Below, in pieces: positions 40,648-51,068 of a stretch of 64,000 nucleotides of DNA; position 1 is the first letter of the stretch; every line of letters starts with the position of its first letter. The notes beneath the pieces were generated by a model. That model was not told where the DNA came from, made no database searches, and saw only the letters and a list, made by a program, of their open reading frames with translations. Source of the stretch: Candidatus Bathyarchaeota archaeon. Lineage in GTDB: Archaea > Thermoproteota > Bathyarchaeia > Bathyarchaeales > Bathycorpusculaceae. The position numbers were made by a program, and so were the translations under genes. The DNA lies in contig CAVOWB010000007.1 of NCBI GenBank assembly GCA_963699995.1, positions 4,310 to 68,309 of the forward strand, given 5' to 3'.

Positions 40648-41070
40648 CTACGAGCCACTAATCTTCATGTATATGAAGTACTCGATAAATATGTATGCCA
40701 AGACTAGTAGCGTTGCGCCTACAATCATCGTCATATACGCTTGCCTTGGGTTATACGCGTGCCTGGAACTCTGGTAAATTGTAAGCAGTCCTATGAAGCC
40801 TAAGACGTACAGGATTCCTGAAATTATTGTGTCGAAAATAAACTGCTCGCTTATGGACGGGTACAGGAAGAAGAACCGGTTGTTATAGTACACTGCTGGT
40901 AAGGGCTTGTTGACGACGTCGTAGACTCCTCCGCCAAACAGGAAAACCGCAACGCCTAGCACGACCACTGTGACTATGAGCGTGGATGGTCTCATGGTGC
41001 TAATTCTTTGGAACCATCGGCTAATGGAGAACGGCAGTTCGGAGGCTTGTTTCTTTGCTTTTTCAGTCAC
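40648..41070 (-). CDS. Small 3-4 TM membrane protein resembling OSTC/DC2 (Ost3/6 TM-domain family)
   Basis: 140 aa. FLFGGGVYDVVNKPLP, SEQFIFDTIISGILYVLGFIGLLTIYQS and a YFIYMKISG terminus parallel my recollection of human OSTC ([53 protein letters not shown]). Unverified. Confidence 0.4.
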   Translation of the reverse strand: MTEKAKKQASELPFSISRWFQRISTMRPSTLIVTVVVLGVAVFLFGGGVYDVVNKPLPAVYYNNRFFFLYPSISEQFIFDTIISGILYVLGFIGLLTIYQSSRHAYNPRQAYMTMIVGATLLVLAYIFIEYFIYMKISGS

Positions 41071-41454
41071 TTTTGTTTCCCCTTTTTTCTGTCTAGTTCA
41101 GCTGCTTCTTTTTCCAAGCTTGCTGTTGAGGAATTCTCTGCAATCTGACTTAAATAGTCTTTCCATTATGCGCTTTTAGGTTTTTCCCAAACTGCCGCGC
41201 TGTGGAACAGGCTTAACAAATCTCAACTGCATAATTCTTCTCTAATACATACTTGTTTAAGCAGCTGCTTGGGTTAGGGTTAATGTGGAACATCTCCTCT
41301 GTTTGCCTATCCCTTACCTAAACAGCAAAATCAAGTGCAGTTGAACCTGAGCTATACGGTTTGGGTGCCCACTCTCATCTTATGCCGATGTTATTACTTG
41401 TTGCGAATGGTTTTTGTCTGCCATCCGCCATAGACTCTACCAGTGTGACCTTCA

Positions 41455-42322
41455 GTGCCTTTGATTTCCAGCTTCGATCCGTGGCAAAATAGCATGTGTA
41501 CGTGTCCACCTAAGCTCACCATCAACCCGTACAGCGGATGCGACCACGGCTGCGTCTACTGCTACGCCAGCAGCTACGTTCCCAGCTTTAGCGAGTGTAG
41601 ACCCAAAAAAGACATACTGTCAGTGCTCAAGCGAGAAGCCGCGAAACTCAAAGGCGAGATCGTTTCCATTAGCAATTCTTCGGACCCATATCCGCGCATG
41701 GAAGCAAACGTTGGGCTCACAAGGAAGTGCCTTGAGGTTCTGACGGAAAGCAACTGTCGCATTCAGATTGTTACGAAGTCCAACCTCGTCACCCGAGACG
41801 ATGACCTCCTCGAGAAAGCGTCTTCTGGCGTGGAATTAACAATCACGACCGACGATGAGAACTTGGCTGGGCTGCTTGAGCCTAAAGCGCCATCGCCATC
41901 GGAACGGCTCAGAGCCGCGCAGGACCTGCTTGCAAAAGGCATTCCGGTTTCGGTACGCATTGACCCAATCATCCCATTCGTGAACGAGTACCCAAGAAAA
42001 CTCATCGCTACACTAGGCAGGCATAGGCGTAGGCCATATCACAAGTTCTACCTACAAGCCCAAACCCGACAACTGGCGCCGGCTCAACCAAGCTCTTCCT
42101 GGTCTAGCGGACAAACTAAAGATTCTATATTTCCAGCACGGCGAGCGTATGGGCGGAAACACGTTACTGTCCAAGGACTTGCGATTGCGACTGCTCACGA
42201 CGATACGAGATTTAGTCGTTGAGAAGGGCATGAAGTTTGGCGTCTGCCGCGAAGGGCTCCCGCAGCTGAATACGGCAACTTGTGACGGCTCATGGCTAAT
42301 TCCTGCCGCCAAGCAGAGGTGA
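41455..42322 (+). pseudogene. Radical SAM protein of the SPL/DNA-repair-photolyase (COG1533-like) type with one frame disruption
   Basis: The motif is CDHGCVYC. ORF 41455-42222 loses sense after KLIATL. The +1 frame continues GIGVGHITSSTYKPKPDNWRRL...CREGLPQLNTATCDGSW to the TGA at 42320-42322. The break is at a GG run near 42015-42020. Confidence 0.7.
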
Positions 42323-42327
42323 TTACG

Positions 42328-43440
42328 ATGCCCTCACAAGCCCGAATCATCATGCTTGTGGACTTGGATTACTTTTTTGCCCAAGTTGAGGAGCTCCGCA
42401 ACCCCACCTTGAAGGGTAAATCTGTGGTAGTGGGCATGTATAGTGGACGCACAGAGACAAGTGGCGCAGTCAGCACCAGCAACTACCTTGCACGCGAATA
42501 CGGCGTCAAATCAGGTCTCCCGCTGTTCATAGCCAAAAAGCGCCTTGAAGGCAGGGACGCGGTCTTCCTGCCCGTGGACTATGATTATTACCAGCATATT
42601 TCCGACCAGATTATGGCTACTCTGCGGCGATACTCAGATACATTTGAGCAAGTGGGAATTGACGAGGCCTATTTGGATGTTACACGGAAAGCTAACCAAA
42701 GCTACGAGAAAGCGCAAGAGCTGGTATCGGAGATTAAGGCGGCGGTGAAGAGGGAAGTCGGTGTCACCTTCTCTGTGGGAATTGGACCCAACAAACTGAT
42801 TGCTAAAATAGCTTCGGACATGCACAAACCTGACGGAGTAACCATGGTCAAGCCCGGTGAAGTGGAAATTTTTCTCTCACCTCTATCAGTGGATGCGCTC
42901 TTGGGGGTGGGCAAGAAGACTGTAGCCAAAATGGCTGAATTAGGCATAAAGACCGTCGGCGAACTCGTTGGTTTCGACGTTCAAAGACTTGTGGAGATCT
43001 TCGGCAAGACCCTGGGCGTGTACTTCCACAATGCAGCTTCCGGCGTCGATAACGAACCCGTGCAGGAGGCAGGCGAAGCAGAATCAATTGGCAGAATGGG
43101 CACTCTTAAAGAGAACACTCGCGATGTGGCCTTCATAATGCAGAAGGTTGACCAGCAAATCGACGAAATTTACACGGAGCTCACACAAAAGAGATTGAGC
43201 TACCGTCTAGTGGGTATCGCGGCAGTGATGAGGGACCTGTCAGCGAAGAGCCGCTCTAGGACGCTGGAGAAACCAGCCAAAGACAAAGAAACCATCCACA
43301 AAGCCGCGAAAGAACTTCTCGAGAAGTACCTTGGCGAAACGGGTCTGGAAATCCGCAGGATCGGCGTCCACGTTTCCCGCTTTGGCAGAGAGGAACGACA
43401 ACAGAAACAAATAACCAGCTTCTTGGACGACACTGCATAA
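42328..43440 (+). CDS. dinB: Y-family DNA polymerase IV (Dpo4/Dbh/DinB)
   Basis: IMLVDLDYFFAQVEE, SIDEAYLDVT-like GIDEAYLDVT, IGPNKLIAKIASD and LGVGKKT. Confidence 0.9.
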   Translation: MPSQARIIMLVDLDYFFAQVEELRNPTLKGKSVVVGMYSGRTETSGAVSTSNYLAREYGVKSGLPLFIAKKRLEGRDAVFLPVDYDYYQHISDQIMATLRRYSDTFEQVGIDEAYLDVTRKANQSYEKAQELVSEIKAAVKREVGVTFSVGIGPNKLIAKIASDMHKPDGVTMVKPGEVEIFLSPLSVDALLGVGKKTVAKMAELGIKTVGELVGFDVQRLVEIFGKTLGVYFHNAASGVDNEPVQEAGEAESIGRMGTLKENTRDVAFIMQKVDQQIDEIYTELTQKRLSYRLVGIAAVMRDLSAKSRSRTLEKPAKDKETIHKAAKELLEKYLGETGLEIRRIGVHVSRFGREERQQKQITSFLDDTA

Positions 43441-43643
43441 ATCCTTTCCAATTAATCCGCCTTAGGTAACTTCCTACGGGGACTTTCCCAACAAGCAAGG
43501 CGTAGGAAGAATGGTTGTTGTTGCCCAGGTCTTGTAGGATTCGACTGTAAAGAATCCCAGAACTCCTTAATGAACTCAAGCATGAGTTCGCTTGTCCAGC
43601 AATCTTTATTTTCGTCGCAGAGTCAAATCCTGTCGGTGTCTTT

Positions 43644-44240
43644 TTGTCTTTTGAGAAGCAGCGCGAAAAAAAGCTGCCGCCAGGGCAGTTGCCAATTGAA
43701 CGGATTCTTCGGTGGGGAATCGACCATCCGGGTATTACCTCGGCGAATCCACATTTGCAGTTGGGAACCTACAGGTTGACTATTGACGGCGAGGTTGACA
43801 AGCCCGTTGTGCTTAGCTGGGCGGAGTTTGTTGCTTTGCCTTCTGTGGTTTCGGTGAGTGATTTCCACTGTGTCGAAGGTTGGAGCGTTCTGGGCTGTCG
43901 CTGGGAAGGCGTGCGGCTCCGCGAAATTGAGGGTCTAGTGAACCCCAAAGGAATCGCGAAAGCGGTTACGTTTGAATGCGCCGACGCTTACACGACCTCC
44001 CTTTTCCGCGAAGAACTTGCTGGCGATGATGTGCTCCTGGCTTACAAGCTTAACGATGAGGCATTGGAGGAGGGCTACGGGTTTCCGGTACGGCTAGTCG
44101 TGCCTAGCAAGTACGCCTACAAGAGCGCATTGTGGGTTGTGCATTTACGTTTCACGCGGGGCAAAGAGCTGGGGTTCTGGGAGCGCCGCGGTTACAGCGA
44201 CAACGCGGACGTGTGGAAAAACCAACGATACAACCGATAA
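43644..44240 (+). CDS. Molybdopterin-binding oxidoreductase domain protein (sulfite oxidase/YedY-like, short form)
   Basis: SDFHCVEGWSVLGCRWEGVRL and GFPVRLVVP..YAYKS are typical. TTG start, uncertain. Confidence 0.7.
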   Translation: MSFEKQREKKLPPGQLPIERILRWGIDHPGITSANPHLQLGTYRLTIDGEVDKPVVLSWAEFVALPSVVSVSDFHCVEGWSVLGCRWEGVRLREIEGLVNPKGIAKAVTFECADAYTTSLFREELAGDDVLLAYKLNDEALEEGYGFPVRLVVPSKYAYKSALWVVHLRFTRGKELGFWERRGYSDNADVWKNQRYNR

Positions 44241-44367
44241 ACATGCCCATTCAGCCATTTCTGGGTAATAGCGCCTCTTCTCAATTTTGAAGGCATATCG
44301 TGAATCCGCAACATTTAATAAGCGTTGCAGCTATTTCGTTTTTCCCCAACTCAAAGGAGGAAAGAAA

Positions 44368-44508
44368 ATGCCAAAAACCTCAAGAACCAAGGTCCAAGTT
44401 CACACAAATTCATCTATTTTCATAGAGGCTGATAACAGCTCGGTAAACCTGACTTTGGAGCAAAGAAAGAAGCAAGCAGAAGAACCGATCTACCTCAACA
44501 GAATGTAA
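44368..44508 (+). CDS. Small hypothetical protein (46 aa)
   Basis: The ATG is preceded by AAAGGAGGAAAG 6-8 nt upstream. No homology recognised. Confidence 0.3.
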   Translation: MPKTSRTKVQVHTNSSIFIEADNSSVNLTLEQRKKQAEEPIYLNRM

Positions 44509-45043
44509 GCAAGAACGCTGCAAAAACCGCCTTTACCCTCTCTTAGGGTGGCGGAGCAAAAATGCGTGCCATAAAGTTCCTCGTCAGCAATGTCTTTTCT
44601 GGTAGCTCCCCATCTCGACCCCTCTGGAAGCAGACCTGACCAGGAAGTTACCAACGTTTTGCTCGAACATAAGGCAGATGTAGAAGACTATGGCGTTGTT
44701 GTCAATTATGAACTAGTCCTGAATAGTTTGAAGCTCTCCAGGCTGTAGGATTAAGGTGAATTGACATTTCGCTCGTCGACAAATTGATAGGACAAACTGG
44801 TTTTCAATGAGAAATGCACATTTGCGAATGAGAGTTGAAGGTCGAAGATTCCAGTCAGGTGCGAATTGTTTTCGCAGAAGACAGCACGAGATGTCCGTGC
44901 GACGGTATGCCATTATACTGCTGCAAGGCTCATAGCCAGCAGTAGAGAGGTCAAGTCCACACTTCATATCCTCGAACAGTGTCTCCACAGAAGGTGGAAA
45001 TCGTTTTATATAAAACGCTGTATCTTTGTTTTCAGGCTAAACC

Positions 45044-45487
45044 TTGCAGTTCACAGAAGCAAAACTGGGCAGGATCTTCGTGATTAGGCTTCATGACAAA
45101 GACCACCTGCCGGATGTCATAGAGAATTTTGCTGAAGGCCAGAAAATAGCGTGCGCTCTCTGCTTCTTTATAGGCGGCGCCAAAGAGAACAGCCGAATCG
45201 TCGTCGGACCCAAGGATGGCAATGTCTTTCCACCTGAACCCATGACTACGTTGCTCAAGGGCGTCCACGAAGCTGCAGGATTAGGCACGATATTCCCCAA
45301 CGAAGCGGGCAGGCCAAAGCTTCACATGCACGCTGCGTTCGGGAGAGAGCAGGAAACCATCACGGGATGCGTCCGCACTGGCGTCGACGTTTGGCAAATC
45401 GGCGAAGTTGTCGTTCTCGAGTTTGCAGGCACCTGTGCAAAGCGCGCTTTGGATAGGAAGACGGGTTTCGAGTTCTTGAGAGTTTAA
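45044..45487 (+). CDS. PPC/DUF296 domain protein
   Basis: GRIFVIRLHDKDHLPDVIENFAEGQKI...LGTIF...PKLHMHAAFG matches the PPC domain pattern. Confidence 0.6.
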   Translation: MQFTEAKLGRIFVIRLHDKDHLPDVIENFAEGQKIACALCFFIGGAKENSRIVVGPKDGNVFPPEPMTTLLKGVHEAAGLGTIFPNEAGRPKLHMHAAFGREQETITGCVRTGVDVWQIGEVVVLEFAGTCAKRALDRKTGFEFLRV

Positions 45488-47169
45488 CGTTCACCTAGGA
45501 AGCTCAGCACGAAGATTCGGCGGGGTGGGAGCCCGAAAATGCTTGTTCCGTTTTCCAGCAGTTTGGAAAAGTTACCTGAGTCGTAAAGCTGTGCGTAGAT
45601 GTCCCGTAGCGATACGGTCGTGTTGAAATAGGGTACTGTGCCGCCGAACTCGTAGGTGAACACGTACTTGGTGTTGTGTTCTTTGCAGAGCGCGATGAGT
45701 TCGGTAATGTTGAAGTTTATGGTGTAGGTATCCACTGGTTGAGTGGGGTACTGCCATACCGTGTTTGAGCTGCCCTTGGCGTTCATGTAGAACCGCACCA
45801 TGTCCTCGCTGTACAGGTTCTGCGCGTTCACAACCACAATCGACTCGTTTGGTCCAATGTGCGCCGCGGCGTACTCTGCCGCTTCCTGCACAGGGATGTA
45901 AACCTGGTCTTTAGCAACCCAAGTATAAGCATCGTCCACGTTGTAATAGACCGCCACCAATGTGAAGACCATCAGAGCGCAGGCGATGACCTGAGAGAAC
46001 CGTTTTCCGCTAACGCTTAGTTGCTTATTCTCCCATAGGTTCTTTGCTGTGTCCAAACCTGAAAAGAGGAAGGACGCGGCCGCCCAGGCCAGGACGGGGA
46101 AAACGGGCACGACGTACCGCCAGTGCCTATTGGGAATGGCTGTGAAGAATAGGTAGACTACGACGAACCACAGAAGCAGATACTTGTCAACGGGTCTACG
46201 TCGCCATGCGAACAGCGCCAGCCCCGCCAAGCCCAAGCCGAAGAAGAACATGGAGACGGGATGAATATCCGCATACGGAGCGCTCATCTCCATCATGTAA
46301 AAAACGGGGATCTGCAGCAAACTGGGTATGTCGGCGTAGAAATGGGGAAACCTGTTCCCGCCTGCACTGTTGAACCCCAGGCTGTATAAAGTCTTGTCAG
46401 GGTTCCCGATGTTAAGAGCGTATAGCCAGGTGTCCAGCATATGATTCGCGTACATCTGGTAGGACGCCACAACCCACGGAACCACAACCAAAACCGCAAC
46501 CAAAACAAGCAAAGGAAACCGCTTAAGCCGCGTTTTCAAGTAACCCCAACCCAAAACTGCCAAGCCTGTCAGCATAATTGCGCCCACAATAACCGCTTGG
46601 TACTTGGTGAGTATGCCCAGACCTAAAGATAGGCCACTTAACAGCAGGTACTTTTCTTTGCCGTTGCGAATCCACTCGAAGAAAAGCAAGGCAGAAACGG
46701 TGAACAGGAAAATCAGCATCGTCTCAATCATGGCTAGACGTGACACGAAAATGAATCCCGGCATGATTGCCATCAACATGCTTGCTAATAGACCTATTTT
46801 GGGCGCGGAGAGCCGATAGCCAAACTCAAAGACGGCGGAAAGTGAAAGGAGCGAGAAAATTAGCGAAACCGCTCTTGCTGCGAACACATTTGCGCCCCCG
46901 ACGCTATAGAAGGCTGCCGTGGCCAGGTCGTACATGGGCGGGTAGAACCCATTGTAATTTAGGTAGCTGTCGAAGTCTCCGCGCAAAAGGTATAACCCGC
47001 CGCTCAAATGAGTCACTTCATCCCATTTGGCGGACATGTGACCGCTGATGAGCAGCAGAAAAACGGCATAAGCTATCGCGAAGGTCAGGAATGCCAGTCG
47101 CCACTTGTCCTTCAGGCCGCCCTTTAACCATGTCCCCAGCGAAGCCAGAGCCTGCCGAAAGTTTAACAT
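45484..47169 (-). CDS. GT-C glycosyltransferase, ArnT/PMT (GT39/GT83)-like
   Basis: A polytopic protein with a first-loop WDEVTHL..G plus FYPPMYD pattern, and a C-terminal soluble domain. The start was chosen at ATG 47169. Confidence 0.65.
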   Translation of the reverse strand: MLNFRQALASLGTWLKGGLKDKWRLAFLTFAIAYAVFLLLISGHMSAKWDEVTHLSGGLYLLRGDFDSYLNYNGFYPPMYDLATAAFYSVGGANVFAARAVSLIFSLLSLSAVFEFGYRLSAPKIGLLASMLMAIMPGFIFVSRLAMIETMLIFLFTVSALLFFEWIRNGKEKYLLLSGLSLGLGILTKYQAVIVGAIMLTGLAVLGWGYLKTRLKRFPLLVLVAVLVVVPWVVASYQMYANHMLDTWLYALNIGNPDKTLYSLGFNSAGGNRFPHFYADIPSLLQIPVFYMMEMSAPYADIHPVSMFFFGLGLAGLALFAWRRRPVDKYLLLWFVVVYLFFTAIPNRHWRYVVPVFPVLAWAAASFLFSGLDTAKNLWENKQLSVSGKRFSQVIACALMVFTLVAVYYNVDDAYTWVAKDQVYIPVQEAAEYAAAHIGPNESIVVVNAQNLYSEDMVRFYMNAKGSSNTVWQYPTQPVDTYTINFNITELIALCKEHNTKYVFTYEFGGTVPYFNTTVSLRDIYAQLYDSGNFSKLLENGTSIFGLPPRRIFVLSFLGER

Positions 47170-47505
47170 ACATTTAACCCAATGGGTGATGATTTGGAGT
47201 TTACAATTGTAGGAAACAGCATATAAATTATCCTTGAAATCGCCAATCCCGCAAATAAGAACGGAAAACAAGCAACGAGATGCCGGGTAAATTCATCCTT
47301 TCTTCTTCAAAGCAACAAGAGCCATCACCTTGCTCGCCGGTTATTCCGTGTGAAATTGCTTGATGTGGGTTTGTTTTGTCATCAACCTGGTTGTGGAGCG
47401 ACTGGCGTGCCTGGGTCCTGGGAGAAAACGTCGATCTTTTGGTCTATAGCATCGACTTTCGCCGGGTGTTCATATGCTTTCTGCAAAACACAGCAAAAGC
47501 TTGGG

Positions 47506-48462
47506 CTACGGCAAATATAGGGTGCCGACGACGCGGAGTTTGCCGCCCTCCAAATACGCAAGCACAGCCTTATCGCTGGGGCGGTAAACAAGTTCTTTCT
47601 CCAGGACCAGAGTCAATGTGGGGGTGCGCCAGTCGCCTTCATCAGTGATGTCTTCAACTTTGCCGTTAAGAAACTGCATCCAGTGCCCGATATGCACGAC
47701 CATGCCTGTTTTGAGGGGCATCTGCCAATACTTCACCAAAGAAGCCCGGGCCTTCAGGGTTATTTCGGTTTTGACGGTTGGGTCGGTTGTCAATACGGTG
47801 CCACGATCCACGTCTTCAACTTCTATGTTCTTCAATGCCAAGCCTACGCGTTCGCCTTCCACTGCGGAATCAAACTCTTCATCGTGCTTCTGGATTGATC
47901 GGACCTGAGCTTTCTTAACACCTGGAAGTACATTCATCACTGCATGTTTTGCCAAGGTGCCATTTACGACGACGCCTAGAACAACCACGCCTACGCCCTT
48001 AACATTAAAGGCGTGGTCTACTGGCACCGTTCCGGCGAAAGCTTCTATGGGTTTCTGGTGAGCGGCGTCTGCAAGCAGCCTCTCCCGCAGAACGTTGACG
48101 TCCTCGGAGAGAAACTCGAACTTCTCAAGAATTGTACCTCTAATAATCGGTTCAATTCTTTCTTTCGGTATGTAGTTACGTAGGATGAAGTAGCCACTGC
48201 TTACCCCGCAGCATTGCAGCATGACGAGACTTTCGCCTAAGGTTGCATTTAACTCATCAACAACCACCACTGCCTTTTTTGCTTCAGACGCCGCGAAGAA
48301 CAAGGGCGCCAATCTCTCAGGGTAACGGTTGGGCTCGACGAGTGTCACGATGTCTTCACCCTTTTTCAAATTGTACAGCGTAATGTCTGTCGATGTGCCT
48401 TTCTTGGCTATGGCGCTACTGTAGCCGGCAACGCCGAGAACTGCAACCATTAAATTGCCCAT
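47506..48462 (-). CDS. EF-Tu/SelB-like protein with a degenerate G domain
   Basis: Domain II barrel: VKGVGVVVLGVVVNGTLAKHAVMNVLPGVKKAQVRSIQKHDEEFDSAVEGERVGLALKNI. The N-terminal VAVLGVAGYSSAIAKKG lacks a GxxxxGK(S/T) P-loop, and no NKxD motif was seen. Confidence 0.6.
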   Translation of the reverse strand: MGNLMVAVLGVAGYSSAIAKKGTSTDITLYNLKKGEDIVTLVEPNRYPERLAPLFFAASEAKKAVVVVDELNATLGESLVMLQCCGVSSGYFILRNYIPKERIEPIIRGTILEKFEFLSEDVNVLRERLLADAAHQKPIEAFAGTVPVDHAFNVKGVGVVVLGVVVNGTLAKHAVMNVLPGVKKAQVRSIQKHDEEFDSAVEGERVGLALKNIEVEDVDRGTVLTTDPTVKTEITLKARASLVKYWQMPLKTGMVVHIGHWMQFLNGKVEDITDEGDWRTPTLTLVLEKELVYRPSDKAVLAYLEGGKLRVVGTLYLP

Positions 48463-48551
48463 GACTATGCGACCTTGAAGTGTTCGTCACGATGGATGCT
48501 TGAAAAGATAAGGTTTATGGCAGCAAACCCTGCATAGCCTCAAGAGAAACC

Positions 48552-48920
48552 ATGAGTTGTCAACTGGATGCCTTTTTGGCTTTGTACAGCCGAGAAACCA
48601 GAGAAAATGTTCTATGCTTGCGAAACGTGATCCTGGAGTTCTTTCCAACTGCGGAAGAACGGATTGACTCAAAATCCAGACTAATAGCATACAGCTTTGC
48701 CCCGAAAGCCGAAAAGAACTTGGTTTTCGCCATTATGCCGCATATGAAGCACGTCAACTTAATGTTCAGCAAGGGATCGCAGACTCCTGACCCGGAGGGA
48801 CTGCTAATCGGCACGGGCAAGCAGGTACGGCACATAAAGATCACATCCGAAGCAGACACACAAAACCCCGCGTTTCAACAACTCCTCAAAGAGGCGCTAA
48901 AACTGAATTACAGGGATTAA
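48552..48920 (+). CDS. DUF1801 (YdhG-like) domain protein
   Basis: FPTAEERIDSKSRLIAYSF...VFAIMPHMKHVNLMFSKG is the family pattern. Confidence 0.5.
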   Translation: MSCQLDAFLALYSRETRENVLCLRNVILEFFPTAEERIDSKSRLIAYSFAPKAEKNLVFAIMPHMKHVNLMFSKGSQTPDPEGLLIGTGKQVRHIKITSEADTQNPAFQQLLKEALKLNYRD

Positions 48921-49053
48921 GCCTTCAGAATGGGTAGATCTAAGCTACTCTAGTAATGGTCTTTGACAGAGTTAAGCTTGTGATACTGTGAGCCCCTAAA
49001 AATCATTGAAGATTATATAATATGAACCTGGAAGAAGAACGAGATTCCTATGG

Positions 49054-49840
49054 TCAGTCTTTAGCTTTTTCCCAGTCGGATTCAAAACCTGTTCTTAATA
49101 CGCCTATGAGGTTGCTGTTGTTTGTCCAAAGAGAAGGGCTTTCTCCTAATCCGCTTTCTTTAGAGGTGGTAATCAATGCTTCTTTGTCATCGGACATTAT
49201 GAAGTGATTTAAACGTTCACGATGAAACTTGACGCTAACCGAGGCGCTTCCGATGAGTTTTTGGACTTTTTCTTTGAGCAAAATGTCCGGGCTTTCTCCT
49301 TCAAAGATCAGTCGAATCTGCGCCCCTTTCTTTATTGCATGCTTATGTTCATCCATAAACTGAGCCAAAACCTGTGCGATTCTTGCCTTTGTCGGCAATC
49401 AGCCCGACTTCCTTTTCCGAGTTGTTAATAAGTTCTGAAGTTTTTGCCAAAATAGCTTTCTTTTCCGCTATGAGTATGTAGATGCTTTCTTCTCCAAGAG
49501 GCGGCACCTTCCAATCTTTGAGGGATAGCTTCTGGACCATACTTCTCATACTTTTGACCCGTTCTTCGGATCTGTTTTTTTCTTCCTTCACTAGTGAAGT
49601 TAAGGAATTCGAAATAAGTGTAGCCCGGATCTCAGTTGGCTTGCCCAGCAATCTTTCGATCAGGCCCATTTTTTCGAGTGATGGCAGAAGTCTATAGACG
49701 TCTTCTCTGCGCACTTTTGAAAGCTTTGCTACCTGTCCCACTGTTGTTTTTTCCAGTTTAAGTATTGCTAAGTAAACCTTTGCCTGATTAAGAGTCAAAC
49801 CCAAACCAAGCAGTAGGTCCGTGTTTTCGTCATCGGCCAT
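49054..49840 (-). pseudogene. TrmB-family transcriptional regulator with one frame disruption
   Basis: ORF 49349-49840 holds the N-terminal wHTH (LGLTLNQAKVYLAILKLEKTTVGQVAKLSKVRREDVYRLLPSLEKMGLI). ORF 49054-49398 holds the C-terminal domain. The frames overlap near 49350-49400. Confidence 0.65.
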
Positions 49841-50211
49841 CTCAACTTCACATTTAAGTCACTACAAGAATTTCTATTTAAAATTTGGCTTTTTCCGAAA
49901 AAAAGGAAATAATCTCGCTTTGGAATGGTTTTGGTGGCTGCATCTTTGAAGCTTTTGTTGGCACCAAAAAAGCCGAAAATTGGTACTAGATTATTTTGAA
50001 GCCTCTATGCTTGGAATCTTTCTTGTGCTCTTCAAATAGGAATAATTTAGCCTTTTCCATCAAGATCGGTTGAGGAGTTCTGGATATTTGAGCGATAGGA
50101 CTAAAGGACTTGAGCTTAAAACTCTTAAAGAAGCTTTTTGCTTGGCTTATTCTATTAAAAAGTTTTTGTTTCGGAACTTCCATATTGCTGGGGCTGCAAC
50201 GGCGAACTCAA

Positions 50212-50556
50212 ATGAACACTAAGGAATTTAACGAGTTAACTACGTCAATTAAAGAAATCACCAGAATTCACATAGACGCGCACTCGGACATAACCCGTTC
50301 TGTCAAGACCGCTGCAAGGAGTGCTGGTGGCGTAAACAAACTGTACAAGAACGGAAACAAATCCTTCCTAATCAAGGCCGGTTTGGCTCTAATTGTCTTT
50401 CCTGAGCCCATAGTAAGTGATATGCTGGGCACTGCGCTTTTGGCAGCTGGAGCCATTCAAGAAGGCATCAGACGCCAATCAATATACCTTGATGATTTAC
50501 CCAAAGCATTCCAGAAAGCAATGAACGACCTAAAATATGCCAAGGAACTAATCTAA
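50212..50556 (+). CDS. Hypothetical protein (114 aa) with a central hydrophobic segment
   Basis: An ATG internal to ORF 50110-50556. No family recognised. Confidence 0.35.
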   Translation: MNTKEFNELTTSIKEITRIHIDAHSDITRSVKTAARSAGGVNKLYKNGNKSFLIKAGLALIVFPEPIVSDMLGTALLAAGAIQEGIRRQSIYLDDLPKAFQKAMNDLKYAKELI

Positions 50557-50707
50557 TTTTATGCCACACGTTCTTGCAAGGCTAGAAATCTAATTATGGG
50601 CACTTTTTGCAGTATCTATCTGCCAGTATATATGCTGAACATTAGCGATAGTTCTCTAAGAAATATGCACAATATTTAAGGCAGAACCCTCAATGGTATG
50701 ATTGTGA

Positions 50708-50887
50708 ATGCTCTTGGAAACTTGGGTCCTTGGAGCAATACTGGCATTAGTTGGAATATTGGCAGTAGCATGTAGTTTTAGTCATGGCGAATTTGGACTT
50801 TACCTCCCAGCAGCAGGCATAACTAGCGCAGGTGTCGGTTCATTGGTCTGCTTTACCAGTTTCAAAAAATGGGTAGAGCACCTCTAG
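50708..50887 (+). CDS. Small two-TM membrane protein (59 aa)
   Basis: Hand-translated as MLLETWVLGAILALVGILAVACSF...GVGSLVCFTSFKKWVEHL. It is below the ORF-track length cutoff. Confidence 0.3.
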   Translation: MLLETWVLGAILALVGILAVACSFSHGEFGLYLPAAGITSAGVGSLVCFTSFKKWVEHL

Positions 50888-51068
50888 AAGAATCTGTAGC
50901 TGTTCGCACTTAGCTCGCCTCTTTGCACGTTCATGATGCAAAAGCAGACCTGACTCTTCACTGGGTTTTCAGATTCTGCACTAACCGACATCACACTTTG
51001 CGCAAACACTGAAGAATACTGCGGTAGACCCAATTACAGAGTGTTCCTTCGTTTCGCGTTGCACGTAT

